Made by a program: the position numbers and the translations under genes. Of a stretch of 49,907 nt of DNA, positions 36,761 through 49,907 are shown in pieces; the first letter of the stretch is position 1; each line of letters begins with the position of its first letter. This DNA is from Intoshia linei (lineage: Eukaryota > Animalia > Orthonectida), in NCBI GenBank assembly GCA_001642005.1, contig LWCA01000125.1, positions 1 to 49,907 on the forward strand, given 5' to 3'. The notes beneath the pieces were generated by a model. That model was not told where the DNA came from. It searched no databases and saw only the letters and a program-made list of their open reading frames with translations.

Positions 36761-39700
36761 ATGAATAACATTGATCGTCCAACGAAAACTTGCTTAAATT
36801 CTTTAACATGGAACCAAAACTATAGTACACTGTTTTAATTGATAAAGTTTAATTTTTTTAAATAGCCTGTTTTACAGTTGCAACCGATAGAGGATTTATG
36901 GTTTACAATGTAGATCCTATTGATAATGGTCGATATCATTGTAATTTCTTTTAATTTATCTAACTTTTAAAATATTTATAAACGTCGTAGCCTTCAACAG
37001 CGGAATTAAAATTGCATGTATGCTTTACAGGTGTAATTATGTTGCACTCGTAGGAACCAGTGATAATGTAAATAATGAACTAAATTGTTATAAAGGTATT
37101 TTAAATTCAATTTTCATCTTTGGGTTTCAATGTTTCAAATTTTAACCCTTAATTTTCTTTATTAAATAAAACTTAGTATCAATGTATGATGACAATATTA
37201 AACGTTTCGCACTCGAATTATCCTTTAATGATGTGATTATAGATATTAAATTGACCCGGAAATGGTAATTTAAATTAATTAATTCATTTTTTTTATATAT
37301 AATTTTTATAGTATTATCGTTGTATTGGAATTTAAAATAAAAATATTTACTCTCAACCTCAACCCAGTCTTAATCAAAGAAATTAGTACATGTAGAAATT
37401 TTAGAGGTATTTTTTTCCAAAGTTATGGGTTTTCAACACTTTCAAGCGCACAAGGAAATACCAAATAATTAAAATCTTTTATCTTTTAAACTGACTAATA
37501 AAGATTTTTAGGAGAGAGTAAGATTTACGAGGAAGAGCTGCAAATTAATATAACTTATTTTTTTTACAAAAACATACATTAATTTTGCACTGGGACACAT
37601 AACGTTTGATGGTGTTGCGGTAAAATAACATTACATCGTAATGTTTCATTCCATCTACAATGTAGAATTTACATTGTAGTTGAAACAGTCAAAATAATTA
37701 ATTTTTCGTCATTTTATATTTAGGTGTTTGTGATGTACAGACTCATGGAAAAATAAATATGCTTGCTTCATTGAGTGATATTGATACGAAACTTTTTATT
37801 ACTGATCTTGAAGAGGTGAATGAAAACCCTAAAGAAATTGTAGCACACGATCATTCCATATCATTTGTCACATTAAATAACACATGCAGTTTTATCGCAA
37901 CCTCATCCATTATAGTAATCCTTATTTATATAAGAGCTATTCTCTAGCAAATAAAATGTAAATATTTCAATTCAAGTGACCTACATGAAATAATATCAAA
38001 GACTCATACTCTTAGATACATTTAAAATGCGCGTATGATAGCGTGCAACATGGTTATTTACACTATTTTAGATATAAGTAAACACTAAAACGTACATTTA
38101 CAGTTAAAAACCGTTACGGCATTAAAAATGTGATAAAATTTGAAAATCTGTTTTTTGATGATTCTTGTCAATATTTAATTATTTGATGTTTTGTAATAGA
38201 TTGAATCGTGAAATAAGAACGTAGTAACAGATATTTCTGAAATTCAAAAAAATCTATTCTTGTAATTAGACTATAAATTCGGTTCAAAATACGCATGAAA
38301 TGTTACGGCGTTACGATTTTATTTTTATTTTTAGAGGTAAAACACATTTTCCATTTTCTTGAGCTCAATTTCAAAGCTAAAGTAAAGTTTACATTTTCAT
38401 GTCAAAATCACACTTTTCCCCTTTTTTATAATTAAAAAACTTTTAAGATTTTATAAAATTTAAATTCTGGGAAAGTTTTTAAAACCATGAGCATTATTAT
38501 AAATGGAAGTCTCAAAAATATCATTTTCACGATCAAAAACATAGGTTACCTTTTTTGAAAAAAATGAATAGTCCTAGAATTTAAAAAAATCACAGCTAAT
38601 ATACAATAGTTATTTCCAGTTAATACAGTGGTTCTAAACGGTGGACAAATCTCCCCGCGGGAAGCGAATTTTCTATATTATTTCACAAAATACGTAATTT
38701 AATCTTTTTTTTAAAATTAAAATATTATGACGTCCATTCTCTGGATCGACATTTGTTTTAGCGATACACCTTAGAGCGAGATAATCATCGATTTTACTAG
38801 TTTATCATATTAATTTATTCGCGAAATTTTATTGGGTTTCTTTATTCATAATTCTGGGATTAAATTTTTTTAGGGTTTTTAAAATAACATTTTTTATACC
38901 TAATTTTTAAAGATTTTGAAAATCCCATAAAATATTAAAAACATTCCCTTAAAAACCCTACAAAATTTTGGTCCCAAAATTATTTTTAAAAAATAGTTAC
39001 TTAAAAATCTACAAAATCTCGGGGGACTAAAATTATCTTGAAAATCTTTAAAAAATTGGGTAAAAAAAACTTCCCTTAAAAATCTACAAAGTCTTGGGTT
39101 CAAAATTATCTTCAAAATCTTTAAAAAATGTTAGAATAAAATATTCTTTTAAAAATCCCTAAGCTCTACAAAATTTTAGTCTCAAAATTATATTTATATG
39201 TCTTAAGTCCTTCAACTCAAGAAAAATATAAAAAACAAAATGTATGCACTTATCCCGGAAACTAATTAAAAATTCCACTAAAAGAGCAAGGATTTGTCAA
39301 GTTGAAGGATGAGGTCATTTAAAAGATAATTTTCCACGAATTTAAAGATCCTCATATTATTTAAAGTAAAAATTTAGGTTTAGATAAGGGTAGATTTATT
39401 TGTTTGTTAATTAATATTTGTGAAAAAATTATGGTAGAAATATAAATTTTTACTTGTAATGTTAATGTTCACTTTTAAATTGTATGGATATTTTTGAAAC
39501 ACCATGTAGTAATAAAAAGTAGAAATTTAGTTAATTTTAATATTTAAAGAAATGAATAAAAAATGGTTAAATTTATATGGTTCAACCTTATTTTTGAATG
39601 CCTTGATTACAAAACGCTGTTTTATATTGTTTATCAGAATCTAATCATATTATTTAAAATATTTATTTTTGCAGGGAACAATTATTAGAATATTTTGCAT

Positions 39701-40343
39701 TGAAGATGGTTCTCTAATATACGAATTCAGACGTGGGAATAAAAAAGCCACCATATTCGCGTAATTCTAATTTTAATTGTTATATATTTAATTATCGTGT
39801 TTAGCATAAATTTCAGTCCAAATTCCGAATATCTCTGTTTATGCAGTAACAGAAATACCATACACATATTTCATTTGAAGGAATCAAACCTTTTGAGGTA
39901 AACAATCATTTTTAAATTATTATTAGTTATTAAATTTAAATATTGAAATTAGACATGATTTATTTAATATTGTAAAATGGTATTACATAATATTTTAATT
40001 TTTTTTAAATATGACTTTAATAAAATTGATCTTACTTATTATTAACTTTTTTATATGACAGCAATTTAATACGTTTTAGAAAAAGTGCTAAATTAAAATA
40101 TCCAAAAAGCTTTACAAAGATTAAAATGCTTACCGATTTAAGCTTCATGGGAGCTGTAGGCACTCCATCAGTTGACGGAAATTTACCAGTCACTGGTAAG
40201 TTCTTTTTTACTAAAATACTCAGCAAATAGTAATTTTACTAATCTTTTTAGTTTTATCAATGGATGGATTTTACCACAGATATAATATTAAACTCTCTAG
40301 TTGTATTGTCACACGTGAAGCTGTTAGAGACATTCTTTTGTGA
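36761..40343 (+). CDS. WDR45B: WIPI3/4-clade PROPPIN (WDR45B-like), about 10 exons
   Basis: Exons approx 36761-36824, 36866-36940, 36991-37095, 37176-37263, 37312-37406, 37724-37914, 39675-39760, 39805-39897, 40062-40195, 40252-40343. Motifs WNQNYTCFTVA..GFMVYNVDP, MLYRCNYVALVG (WDR45B has MLFRCNYLALVG), IVAHDHSI, GTIIRIF..YEFRRG, NTIHIFHL, DGFYHRY. Confidence 0.85.
38930..39195. repeat. Degenerate tandem repeat (about 4 units, 55-85 bp)
   Basis: Recurring aaaa(t/c)ctacaaaat...caaaattat...aaaa unit in a WIPI3 intron; source of repetitive ORF 38900-39115. Confidence 0.6.
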
Positions 40344-40644
40344 AAATCAGCATTTAATGTAAAAACACCAAATTTTATTTATTAATAAAATTTATTTATA
40401 CAAATTGTATTTTAATTGGATCAATTTTTAATCTTTTAAAATATAATGTATAGAGGTTTGACCACTTATATAAATGTTTTATTCGACAACGAGGGTGTTT
40501 TTTAGTAAATCTTTGAAATGAGTATATGTTTGTTTAATAAAACTATAAGTCAAAGTATTTAATATTCAAACATTTAATATGTACGACATAATTGTTTATA
40601 TAATAATTATCATAAGAGTAGGAGATGTATTAACTTGATTGTTA

Positions 40645-43600
40645 TCAATTTTCAGTTTGAGTTATTTCTTTGTCCTAAAATATAAATTTAAACACATTAA
40701 CATCAACGACCAATACTAATTTAGTGACTTACCTTAGCATTATGATCACTTTTTTCAGGTTTATCAGGATCATCTTTTTTATTTTCATCTTTATTATTTT
40801 CTTGTTCATTTTCAGCCTTTTTACTAGACACACTTGGACTTTTCTCACTTTCAACCTTTTCTTCTTTTTTAACATTTTCATCTTTTTTGTCATTTATACT
40901 CTCATTAGTAACATCATTTTCAACTTTTTTCTCGTGGCCAGAATCAGAAGTTTTTGTTTCTGGTTTAACTTTTTTATTTGCTTTTAATGTCGCTATAATT
41001 AATCAGATTAATATGAATATGGTTAATATTACCTGCTACAACGTCTTTATCAATAAATTCATCTTTTGTTTGACTAGAACAATTATAAATATTTAATGTT
41101 TAACTTTACTTGTATTGTTCTTCGTAGCGATCGTATTCTTCTGTAACCTTTTCAATCAATTTTGTTTCTCTCTCTTTACTCATCGTCATAATTTTTTCAG
41201 AAATCTTTAAATATAATTAAATTACATTTCATGAATAAAATAAATTACCTCCTGGTTAGCTTGTTCCTGTTCACAAATATGATGAACCGAGAATTTAATT
41301 AAACTTCTGATAAACGACGTGTGTCTAAAAATGGTATATCGGTGTGATTTTTTAACGATAACGGTGTGTGAATCTTACGCTATAATGGCGTTTTTCATGT
41401 CTACAACTAAAACATCACTAGTTTCGGATAGCTCCTTTCTGGTAGTGTCACGGTCTTTCTTTTTCTATTATAAAATTAAAATTTTATTCACAATTATAAG
41501 AAATAACAATACTAAAAAAAGAACTGTATAAATTTTAATTATATTTTAAATTTTGATATTTATATTCCCAATTTTCCATTTTTTATACGCTGAAATGCAG
41601 ACGTATTGGTAATTAATATATTACATATCATATAACAACGGGTGTCTACTTAAATCCAACCATTTTTACTAAAAATCAAAATTTAACAATCCTTAAGGGA
41701 AAATTCCAGTTTTACCTGCCATTGAGGAAAAAATCCGAATTGCAGAGTATCCCATAAAAACTCATTATCACAAACAAAAGAAACTGAAGTTCTTAAATAG
41801 AAGGATTATCCATAATTGTATCTCACTTTCAAAGAGTATAGTCGATATAATAGTAACCTTTATCCCCGCTTCAATTGCAGTTGTCGGTTACTCTTACTTT
41901 ACATACATCAATATAGTTTTAAATACACATACAATATACATCAGGGGTCGGCAACCTTTTGCATCTCGTCGACCACTTTTTATATCAAAAAATTTTATTC
42001 AAAAAAACCCCGTTATTCAAAATTTACACATGATAAATTTCAGTTTTAATTAAAGTCAAACGATGCTAGTACGTTCAAAGACTACTGTATACTTAATACT
42101 TGGTTTATGCTGTCCTTGGTACGTTGTATATTCATCAAAATAAAATTCAAGGGGATTTGAAAATTCAATATTAAAATAATTAAAATGAGCCAATTGTAGT
42201 AGAAAATGTTTAAAAGTTGAAAAATTTAAAAATAAATAAAAAATAAGTAATTTACATATTTACTAAAAGGGCCACCAAAATTATTCCGTAAACAACTGGT
42301 TTCCGACCCCTACTATACACTGTTTGATAGTTACAATGTATATTTTAATTGAGGCGCCTACAAGAAATATCACTTCTAGTAGCTCCGAGTCCCAAGTTAC
42401 CAAATTTTTCATTTTGTCAACAAAATTGGATTTTGATTATTTTAATGGTTCAAAATTTATAAAATTTTTTCATTCGATGCCAACGAATCTAAGATATTGG
42501 GTAGTATAATTTTGACTCGTTGCATTTTATTTCGCATTACAATAATATTAAAAGATAAAAAAATTAAATAAATATCATATTAACTAACCTTGCTCATCTT
42601 TGGATCGTTTTCTTTACCTTTTTTTTCCAAATATAAAATTTCTTTGGAAAATTTAACATATGTAGACAATAGTTTATTTCGCTCGCTAATTTTTGTCTAA
42701 AAAATAAAATTAAATATTGAAACAGTTTGTCAAAAAAGAGTTATTCCATTTAGTCTCAATGTGGCATTATTTTTACAAAGACACATTGTACACTATTGAT
42801 TATTAAAAATTTAACGAGAAACTAAGGTAATTATAGACTAAACTTTCTGATAGATTTTCGAGAGTCATGTTTTATTGGAAATTCCATTCTTAAAGTTGCA
42901 ATTTTAAATTCAGGATTAAAAACCCGAATTACTTGTTTTTTTTAAATAAAATGAGTTGCAGAATTTCAAAATCATTAACAATGTCGAAAATATGAATCTC
43001 AGAAACTTACATCTGCATGGCGAAAACCACAAATTACTCTTTTTTAAAAAATGTATAAAGTTGTAGAATTTTATAAAACAAACATTCTGGGATAGTTTCT
43101 AAAATCATGAGCAGTAATTTAAATCACAACCTCAAAATTTTGCCGCTTCACGATCAAAACCTAGATTACACTTCTTTTAAGAAATTAAGTCCTAGAATTT
43201 TGAATAAATAACGGCTAACATAATTTTTCAGTTATTTTTAGTTAACATAAAAAAATTAATTTCACAAATTAATGTCTTCACGGTCAAAAAATTACATTTG
43301 TATTGATTTTTTTTTTTATTTCGAAACTATTTTATTAAAACAAAAAATTTGAAATAATTAACGGTCCTACAATTAAAAAAAAAATATAAATCTGATACAG
43401 ATTATTACAGTTGGTTTAGATACAAAATGTTAACCTCAGAAATTCACGTATTCCCTGTGTAAAATAACTTTTAATATACAATGTATTATCAACCAACATT
43501 TTTCAAATTTACAAATGTTAAAATGAAAATTTAAATATTCCTACAATTCCATAAAAATGTGGAATTGACCGTATACACATTTTAAATACAGAAATATGGG

Positions 43601-45148
43601 TTTCAATCATATCAATTGATTCCTTCTGTTTTTTTATCATTGCTACGCAATTTCTATAATCAAAAACTTTTAAAGTTTAGAATCAACTTAAGTATAACTT
43701 TGTTGGTATAATTTTAAAATTTATTTAAAATTTATTTAAAATTTCAATGTTGATAACCTTGCTTCATGCGAAATGCATCAATCATGTATGATAAAAGGAA
43801 AAAGTATGTACTATAGGTATTTAAAATTTTATTTTTTCTTGTATTCATGTTATTTATGACGAGTTGTTAGGTTTTAATAATGATTAGATTTTTTTTAAGA
43901 TTACAGTGTGTAATACACACTCAGTGTCTATAATCAATTCAAAATATCGGTACAGTCAAGATCTCATTTAACGAACGTCGAAATTTTATTTTCTATATAA
44001 ATGCCTAAATATCTGGTATTTAACGAATTTTTGATTAACGAACGCGTAAATTCAATATTATTTTATTTTTCTAGTAGTTTTTTTAAATATTAGATCGACT
44101 CTTTTATGAAGTCATGGAATATTTTTATATAATAAAAAGTTTAATTATTTGTTCATATTAAATATAATGTTTATAAATTTAAGACATGTGTGCAGCAGCA
44201 CATTTCTAATATTTTCGTTAAATGAAATTTTGACTGTATTAAGATTAAAAAGTCAGCTCTTGACGGAGCTAGCTGCTGATTGTACAAATTACAAAACAGT
44301 CAAGCTAGTACAAAAATAAATCATTTTCAATTTAAAAAATGTATTTGCTTAACGAAACATTTACATGTCATATAATCTAGATACAAGTAACATTATAATA
44401 TACATTTAAAAAACATTACAAGGAATGAAAATGTAATACTTTATAAACTGTAATAATTGAAGTTGGGACACATGGGTTCAAATTACATAAAATAGATGAA
44501 ACTTAATTGAATCTAATTGAAACCAATAATAAAATATATAAACCATAAAAACAATTAAATATAAATGCTACAATGACCTTTAGTTTTGTAATTTCCATAA
44601 TATATTGATCAATATGATTAGTAGTTTCTTCATTATTGGTTGTTTTTTGTTTTTTAGGATTTAAAAGATTCTGTAATACAAAATAAATTTTTGAATATTA
44701 AATTGTGATAAAAAAAAAGAAAAAACTAACCTGAATTTCCTCTATAATTTCTTCATTATCACTCGTAGTATTTTGGGAACTTTCCTTCAGAAATGCAGTT
44801 AAATTGTCGATAAATTTCTTATTTGAATTTAAAATGTCTTAAATAAACATTATCAAGGTTAAATAAAATTAACCTTTATCTTCTTTCATTTTTTTATCCA
44901 TAATTTTTTTAGACAATAAGGCATCTTTCTAAACAATTTAAATTAAAACAAAAAATCAAATTAACATGTAAAAAACGTATAATAACTCGTTATAATATTG
45001 AAATACGCATTATCGAAAAAATAAATAAAATTACATGACATTCATTGATTTTGGTGGCTAATTTAAGAAAAATGTCTTTATCATCCTTGGGTTTGCTCTA
45101 AACGAAAAATTAATACAAATGATTGAAAACTACCACAAACAAATGCAT
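40645..45148 (-). CDS. Helical coiled-coil protein, possibly divergent BAR-domain, with Glu/Lys-rich tail
   Basis: About 11 in-phase exons (approx 45134-45148, 45035-45097, 44874-44927, 44731-44837, 44578-44670, 42589-42696, 41379-41464, 41229-41325, 41111-41206, 41033-41073, 40733-40992, 40645-40674). KISERNKLLSTYVKFSKEILYLEKKGKENDPKMSK...ELSETSDVLVVDMKN follows the BAR helix2-tip-helix3 pattern. The gene is well supported; the family call is tentative. Confidence 0.65.
41942..42312. mobile_element. hAT (Buster-like) MITE
   Basis: TIRs CAGGGGTCGGCAACC / GGTTTCCGACCCCTA; TSD atatacat/ctatacac (6/8). Confidence 0.78.
42860..44308 (+). mobile_element. Non-autonomous Helitron (5' end eroded) with nested MITE
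   Basis: Interior is the reverse complement of 21300-22100; 3' end acagtcaagCTAG|T at 44305-44309. Start approximate. Confidence 0.68.
43953..44236. mobile_element. pogo/Tigger-type (Tc1/mariner superfamily) MITE
   Basis: TA on both sides; 23-bp TIR CAGTCAAGATCTCATTTAACGAA vs CAGTCAAAATTTCATTTAACGAA (21/23). Confidence 0.85.
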
Positions 45149-48100
45149 ATTAAATAGTTTTGTTTTAATTTTGAAGAAGAAAATAGAATGTTTAATTTAT
45201 TAAGTATTTATTCAACTATTTTATTTGATTATTGAAATAAAAAGTTAATTTCATTAAATTGCTCAAGCATTTTTATCCGGAAATTTAATACAGTCTTGAA
45301 GAATTTATAAAATGAAATGTAATGCAAATTGTAAAATACTCATCTATATTATGTCTATTATTATTTTTGACAATTGTGTATAATTCTTTGTTTAAAAATT
45401 GATAAATTATTCTGGTGACTAAATTCCTTTGCAACACTTTGAATTGAATGGATGTGTTCACTAACCAAATAGGAAAATGACGGGACCTTTTATTCAATTT
45501 ATATCCATTTAAAATATTTTTTTTAGTTTCTAAGTATTAGTTAATAGTCACACTCTAAAAATATCACAAAAACTATAAAATTTGCATTCATTTATTTCAT
45601 TATTGTAATGTGTAATATCTATAAAATTTCAAAAAGAAATGACGGCAAACTAGCGTACTAATGCAAGTTAGAATGAAACAAAAACCCAGAAATGAATCGA
45701 AATTACCTTTTTACTTGGCATATTAAAAATCTTGAAATGTTAAATTATCATTGAAAATACAACTATATCAGCTAGTATATATGGATATGATTATGTACAT
45801 GTGGTGAAATTAGACTATTATTATTTAGTTTGTATTTTAATTGGTTTTTTATAATTTATAGCTTGGAATACACTAAACAGTACAATCTAATGGTTTATAA
45901 GCAGTCAATTTTATTTATTTCCAGTCGTTTTTAGTCATTTCCAGAATTCATAAATTACAAAGTATGATGAGCATAAAAAATGAATAAATACTTGTAAAAC
46001 TGAAATTCGATACATATGTTAACATATTGATTAAAAGTTTTAAATTTTTTTGACAACATTAAAAATTTGATTAATTGGGTTAACTGACTAATTATAAATC
46101 GATTTATAGTAAAAATTTATAAAAATGAATATAAAAACTATTAAATTGACAATGAAAAAATGCCAAATAAAAATTTCATGTACAATGTATTTGAAAGTTA
46201 AATAAATAATAAACCTTTGCGCTACCAAGATTGTCAAGAAAGTTGAATATTTTGGCCGACATATTTAACGGAATTAAATCATTTAAAATTAATAAGCTTC
46301 GCACTATTTGTTTGATTATAAAGTTGCCTGGTGTTATTAATTAGTAAATTTAAAAAGCAAATACGATACAATTGCTCAAGTTGAAATTCATTTTATTCCT
46401 TATTAAATTTATTATTACAAAATTTTAATTTAAAAGAAAAGAGCTAACATGTTTAAAAAATTAATTTTTTTGATATAAAGTACAGATATTCCCATGTACT
46501 TTTAGTTAATAGTACTACATTTACTGAAGACAATTTATATACTTGTGTATTTGAATATTTTTAGTTTAAATATTTAATATCGAGTGTTAATTTTATTGTG
46601 ACAAATTTTTTTATTTATGGAATGAAAATAAATATCACAAAAAAATAAGAAATATAACATGAATCATGATAAATTTAATTATTCACATAAAAATTATATT
46701 GTCAGTGTTGAGGTATTGTAATTGTTCATTCATATAGTTTTGTTCAAACGTTTAGCAGTATTTCAATTATTATAATTAAAATTTTACAATTTATTTTGAC
46801 AACATATTTTGTGCATGACGTTAAATTTTAACTTGACCATTAATCAACTTTTGTTGCTTACACTTTGTATACTTTGAATTAATTCTATGTAATATTTAAA
46901 TCAAATTTAAATTTTATTTAAACAATACACTACACTATTCATTCGTCATAATTCAATGAATTTTAGTTACCTATTCAATAATTAGTTTATTTACATGTAA
47001 TTATATCATATATTATTAATAATGGTTGTAACTTATAACATTTAGTCAAAAGTTAAAACTTACAATGTTTAAGGTTGAATTTAATACATGTTTAAATTTA
47101 ACGACTAGAATCAAAGTTAATGATAACTCGTTATATTAGATCCTTAATTATATAAAACCCAGTGGTACCCAAACAGTGCACTTCGACAATATAGTGCGAC
47201 GCAAGAAAAAATTAGGTGCGTCACAAGATTTTTAACTAATTCAAAAATTTAATAATTCTTTACATGTTAATCTTTTACTTATTAAAATTGAATGTCTGTC
47301 TGTTTATTATCGTATATTTAAATAATTAACAGTCTGAAAATTTAAAAAACACTATTTCTAATCGAGTTTTTCGCAGGGGATGTTTATATCTATTTTTCAG
47401 TTTCCGAATTTTTGAATTCTTCTAGGTCAAAATGCCAATTTGCCCTTTCATAGTAGTGAAGAAAAATCAGTATAAAATAAACCCAAAAATTTAATAAAAT
47501 AGATTCGTTATACTGTCCTAGGTCGTACTGCATCGATACTTCTCAAACCCAGAAAAAAAATAAAAATTTTAATTTATGTAAATCCCTGCTAATATTGATG
47601 AAATAACGGTTTATAAATCAAGATGTAATTACCATTGAATAAATTTTATTTTTATTAGATTTGTTAAAAAAGTGTCAAAATGTAAAATGAATGAAAAATG
47701 TATCTACAAATTTATTCATAATTGCTAATTAAAAATGAGTTAAACTGACAGTTAACGAAACGAGGTTAAATTTGGACTATTTGGCACAATGTGAGTAATA
47801 GATTAGCGTAAAGAAATAATGTAAAGGTGATGAACAAATAATTATAGAAATTTGAATTGTATAAAATGTGGACAAGATAAAATGCTACATTCAAAATTAA
47901 TAATTTCAATAGAACTGAAAATAAACAAATCATAATTTGAGAGACAATCAAAATTATAACAATTTAAATTAAAAAAGTTACCTTAAAAATCCTGCAACAC
48001 TTGAACATGTATGAATAATTTTTTCGACAATTGACACAAGTAAAATTAATAAGATTAATATGTAACTGATAATTAGGTCAAGCAATATGTTGATTAAAAA

Positions 48101-48671
48101 TATCACACTGCAAGTAATTTGATATGATAAGAATTTATGGAAAATTGTGAAGCAGATTGTAGAAATGATAAGACATTCATTTTAAAATTAAGATACAAAC
48201 ACATGCATGTGTATAATAATCATTGTATAATTAACAAAATAGGAAATCATTTTACCCATTAAATTTTCACACCAACATAAACATCTTACAAAATTCCATG
48301 AAATAAAATAGAATCGGAATTATATTGATTAATAATATTATAAATATATATATTTATTTAAAAAATACCCTTTCCGAAAAACTTCTTGACCATACTTTGC
48401 TTAGTCTCATTTTATTAAAATTAACAATAGCGATAATAAGTAAATCAAATCAATTATAACCACAATATATAATGTAGTACTAATGCTTAAGTAAACACTT
48501 TGAAAATAAACTATCCAATTGATAAATTAAAATTTTATATAATCATATTTATTTAATCGATATATAGATTTTATAATTAAAATTATTAATACATGTAGAG
48601 TTTTAAATGAAACCAATTATTTTACGTGTTGTTTGATACAATAAATTTATGTATCTTAGAGTAAAATAACA

Positions 48672-49030
48672 ATGAACATGAAATCTAAAGCTAGGTGTTT
48701 GGTGGGGAATTGGGTGGAAGAGGTTTATTTTATGAATTTATGTATACATTTGAGAATAATTTAAATTTCAACAACTTTACATTTTGAAAATACTAATATT
48801 AATATACATGTAACATGCACATTAATTTTAATAAAGATGAATGTTGAAGATATTGACAAAGAATTTGTTTCAACAAAAAAACAAGCTTCCCATGAGTATA
48901 TTTTGGGAAATGAAGCCAAAATCAATTATGAGTCTATAACAAAAAACAGTTTTGGACTAATTGATAAAGAAATTATTATTAACTCTCCGAGGATGAATAT
49001 GTTGGAAAAAGAATATATTCATAGAGCAAT
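48672..49030 (+). CDS. 5' exons of a SPAG8 (CFAP143)-like ciliary microtubule inner protein; gene probably continues beyond the window
   Basis: Exon 48672-48722 MNMKSKARCLVGNWVEE (GNWxEE motif of axonemal MIPs) joins in phase to exon 48837-49030 (...HEYIL...ESITKNSF...PRMNMLEKEY), a spacing reminiscent of SPAG8. Confidence 0.6.
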
Positions 49031-49907
49031 GTATGATTTACACATATAGTGTTTTTAAATTTTTATTTTAACAAATATTTACTGTTAATGTAATGGTTTC
49101 ATGATTAAATCAATTTTAATCTAAAATCTATACATACAATTGATTATAATTGTAATCACGAAGGATTAAAATGTGTTACTTATTATACTAAAGTGTTGGC
49201 TACAACGTGATACAGAAATCATGATAAGATTCGATTTCAGTTTGATGCTCGAGAAGTGTCTGGGTCGATGCGAAACTACATTTCAAATGTTTACTGTTTG
49301 TTTGGCTCATTTACCATTAGATAATTATAATCAGCCATACTCGATTGCTATAAATATAATAACATTACAGATAATATAATACAATTGTACTTGTATTATT
49401 ATAAATATTATCTATAAAACTAAGAATCAGGTAATTCTAAAAATAACTAACTCTTGTTGCATTTTTTCTCTGATCTAAAAATATAGGTTTTAATCTCTGA
49501 AATTAATATCATCTTTACTTAACCCATTAGTGACCGACACTCTTTATACTTGGTCAAAAATTATGATTTTCGAAAGGTGTTATTTAAATATGTGTAAAAT
49601 TTCTAAGGTTTTGAGATACTAGAACTGGGAATGACTACATATGTAGTCATTAGCCGCTAACCGGAAAACAACATTAATAAGTCCAAAATATGTCGATAAT
49701 TCGGTAAATGACTTTAGTTATATATATCTTGATATTCATTATGACTCAGAATTAAAATTTAACCAATAGGACTAAGTGTCAATAGTAACAGTTATTTAAA
49801 GAAGTTTATATTCAATATTTGTAATGACAAAATTAATTTGATGATTTGATTGAATGAAAAATTATTTGATTATTTTAACTTTTTCGAAATGTAATTAACA
49901 AAATTAA

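Noticed and set aside
40724-41096. Phe/Ile-rich plus-strand ORFs resembling membrane proteins
   Set aside because: Antisense to the Glu/Lys-rich exons of the minus-strand gene.
45600-46060. Possible small plus-strand gene
   Set aside because: Short open segments could not be joined in phase from an ATG, and no motif was recognised.
48600-48670. RFX X-box-like GTTGTTTGATAC upstream of the ciliary gene
   Set aside because: Length and core deviate from the X-box consensus; too weak to call.
49173-49379. 68-aa plus-strand ORF as next SPAG8-like exon
   Set aside because: No convincing phase-compatible exon or motif; more likely intronic TE remnant.

Overview
Very AT-rich eukaryotic (animal) nuclear DNA, gene-dense, with many tiny GT-AG introns (27-45 nt) alongside a second class of long introns filled with transposon debris. 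The ORF track is therefore mostly exon fragments or noise, and I assembled gene models by hand from splice sites and protein motifs. Recognisable genes in order: ZGPAT-like (-, G-patch truncated), C9orf78/Tls1-like splicing factor (+), WIPI1/2 (Atg18) PROPPIN (-), GLMP/NCU-G1 lysosomal membrane protein (+), an ankyrin-repeat protein (-), a WD40 protein (+), the Bsx/Bsh homeobox gene (-), NDUFS8 (-), a WIPI3/WDR45B-type PROPPIN (+), a probable BAR-like coiled-coil protein (-) and the 5' part of a SPAG8-like ciliary protein (+). Non-coding space holds non-autonomous Helitrons (A|TC...CTAG|T), many hAT MITEs with 8-bp TSDs (nested and tandemly re-inserted), one piggyBac-type MITE (TTAA) and one pogo/Tigger-type MITE (TA). 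I recognised no RNA genes or CRISPR arrays. Bsx plus minute introns and divergent proteins suggest a compact, reduced invertebrate genome such as an orthonectid-like parasite; this is inference only. I found no convincingly new multi-gene system. The most unusual signals are the broken ZGPAT G-patch behind a 23-nt GT..AC gap, extreme gene packing with forced sense/antisense overlaps, an FRRG-bearing WIPI3-type PROPPIN, and target-site re-use by hAT MITEs. Family calls rest on remembered motifs, not database searches, and internal exon boundaries are approximate.
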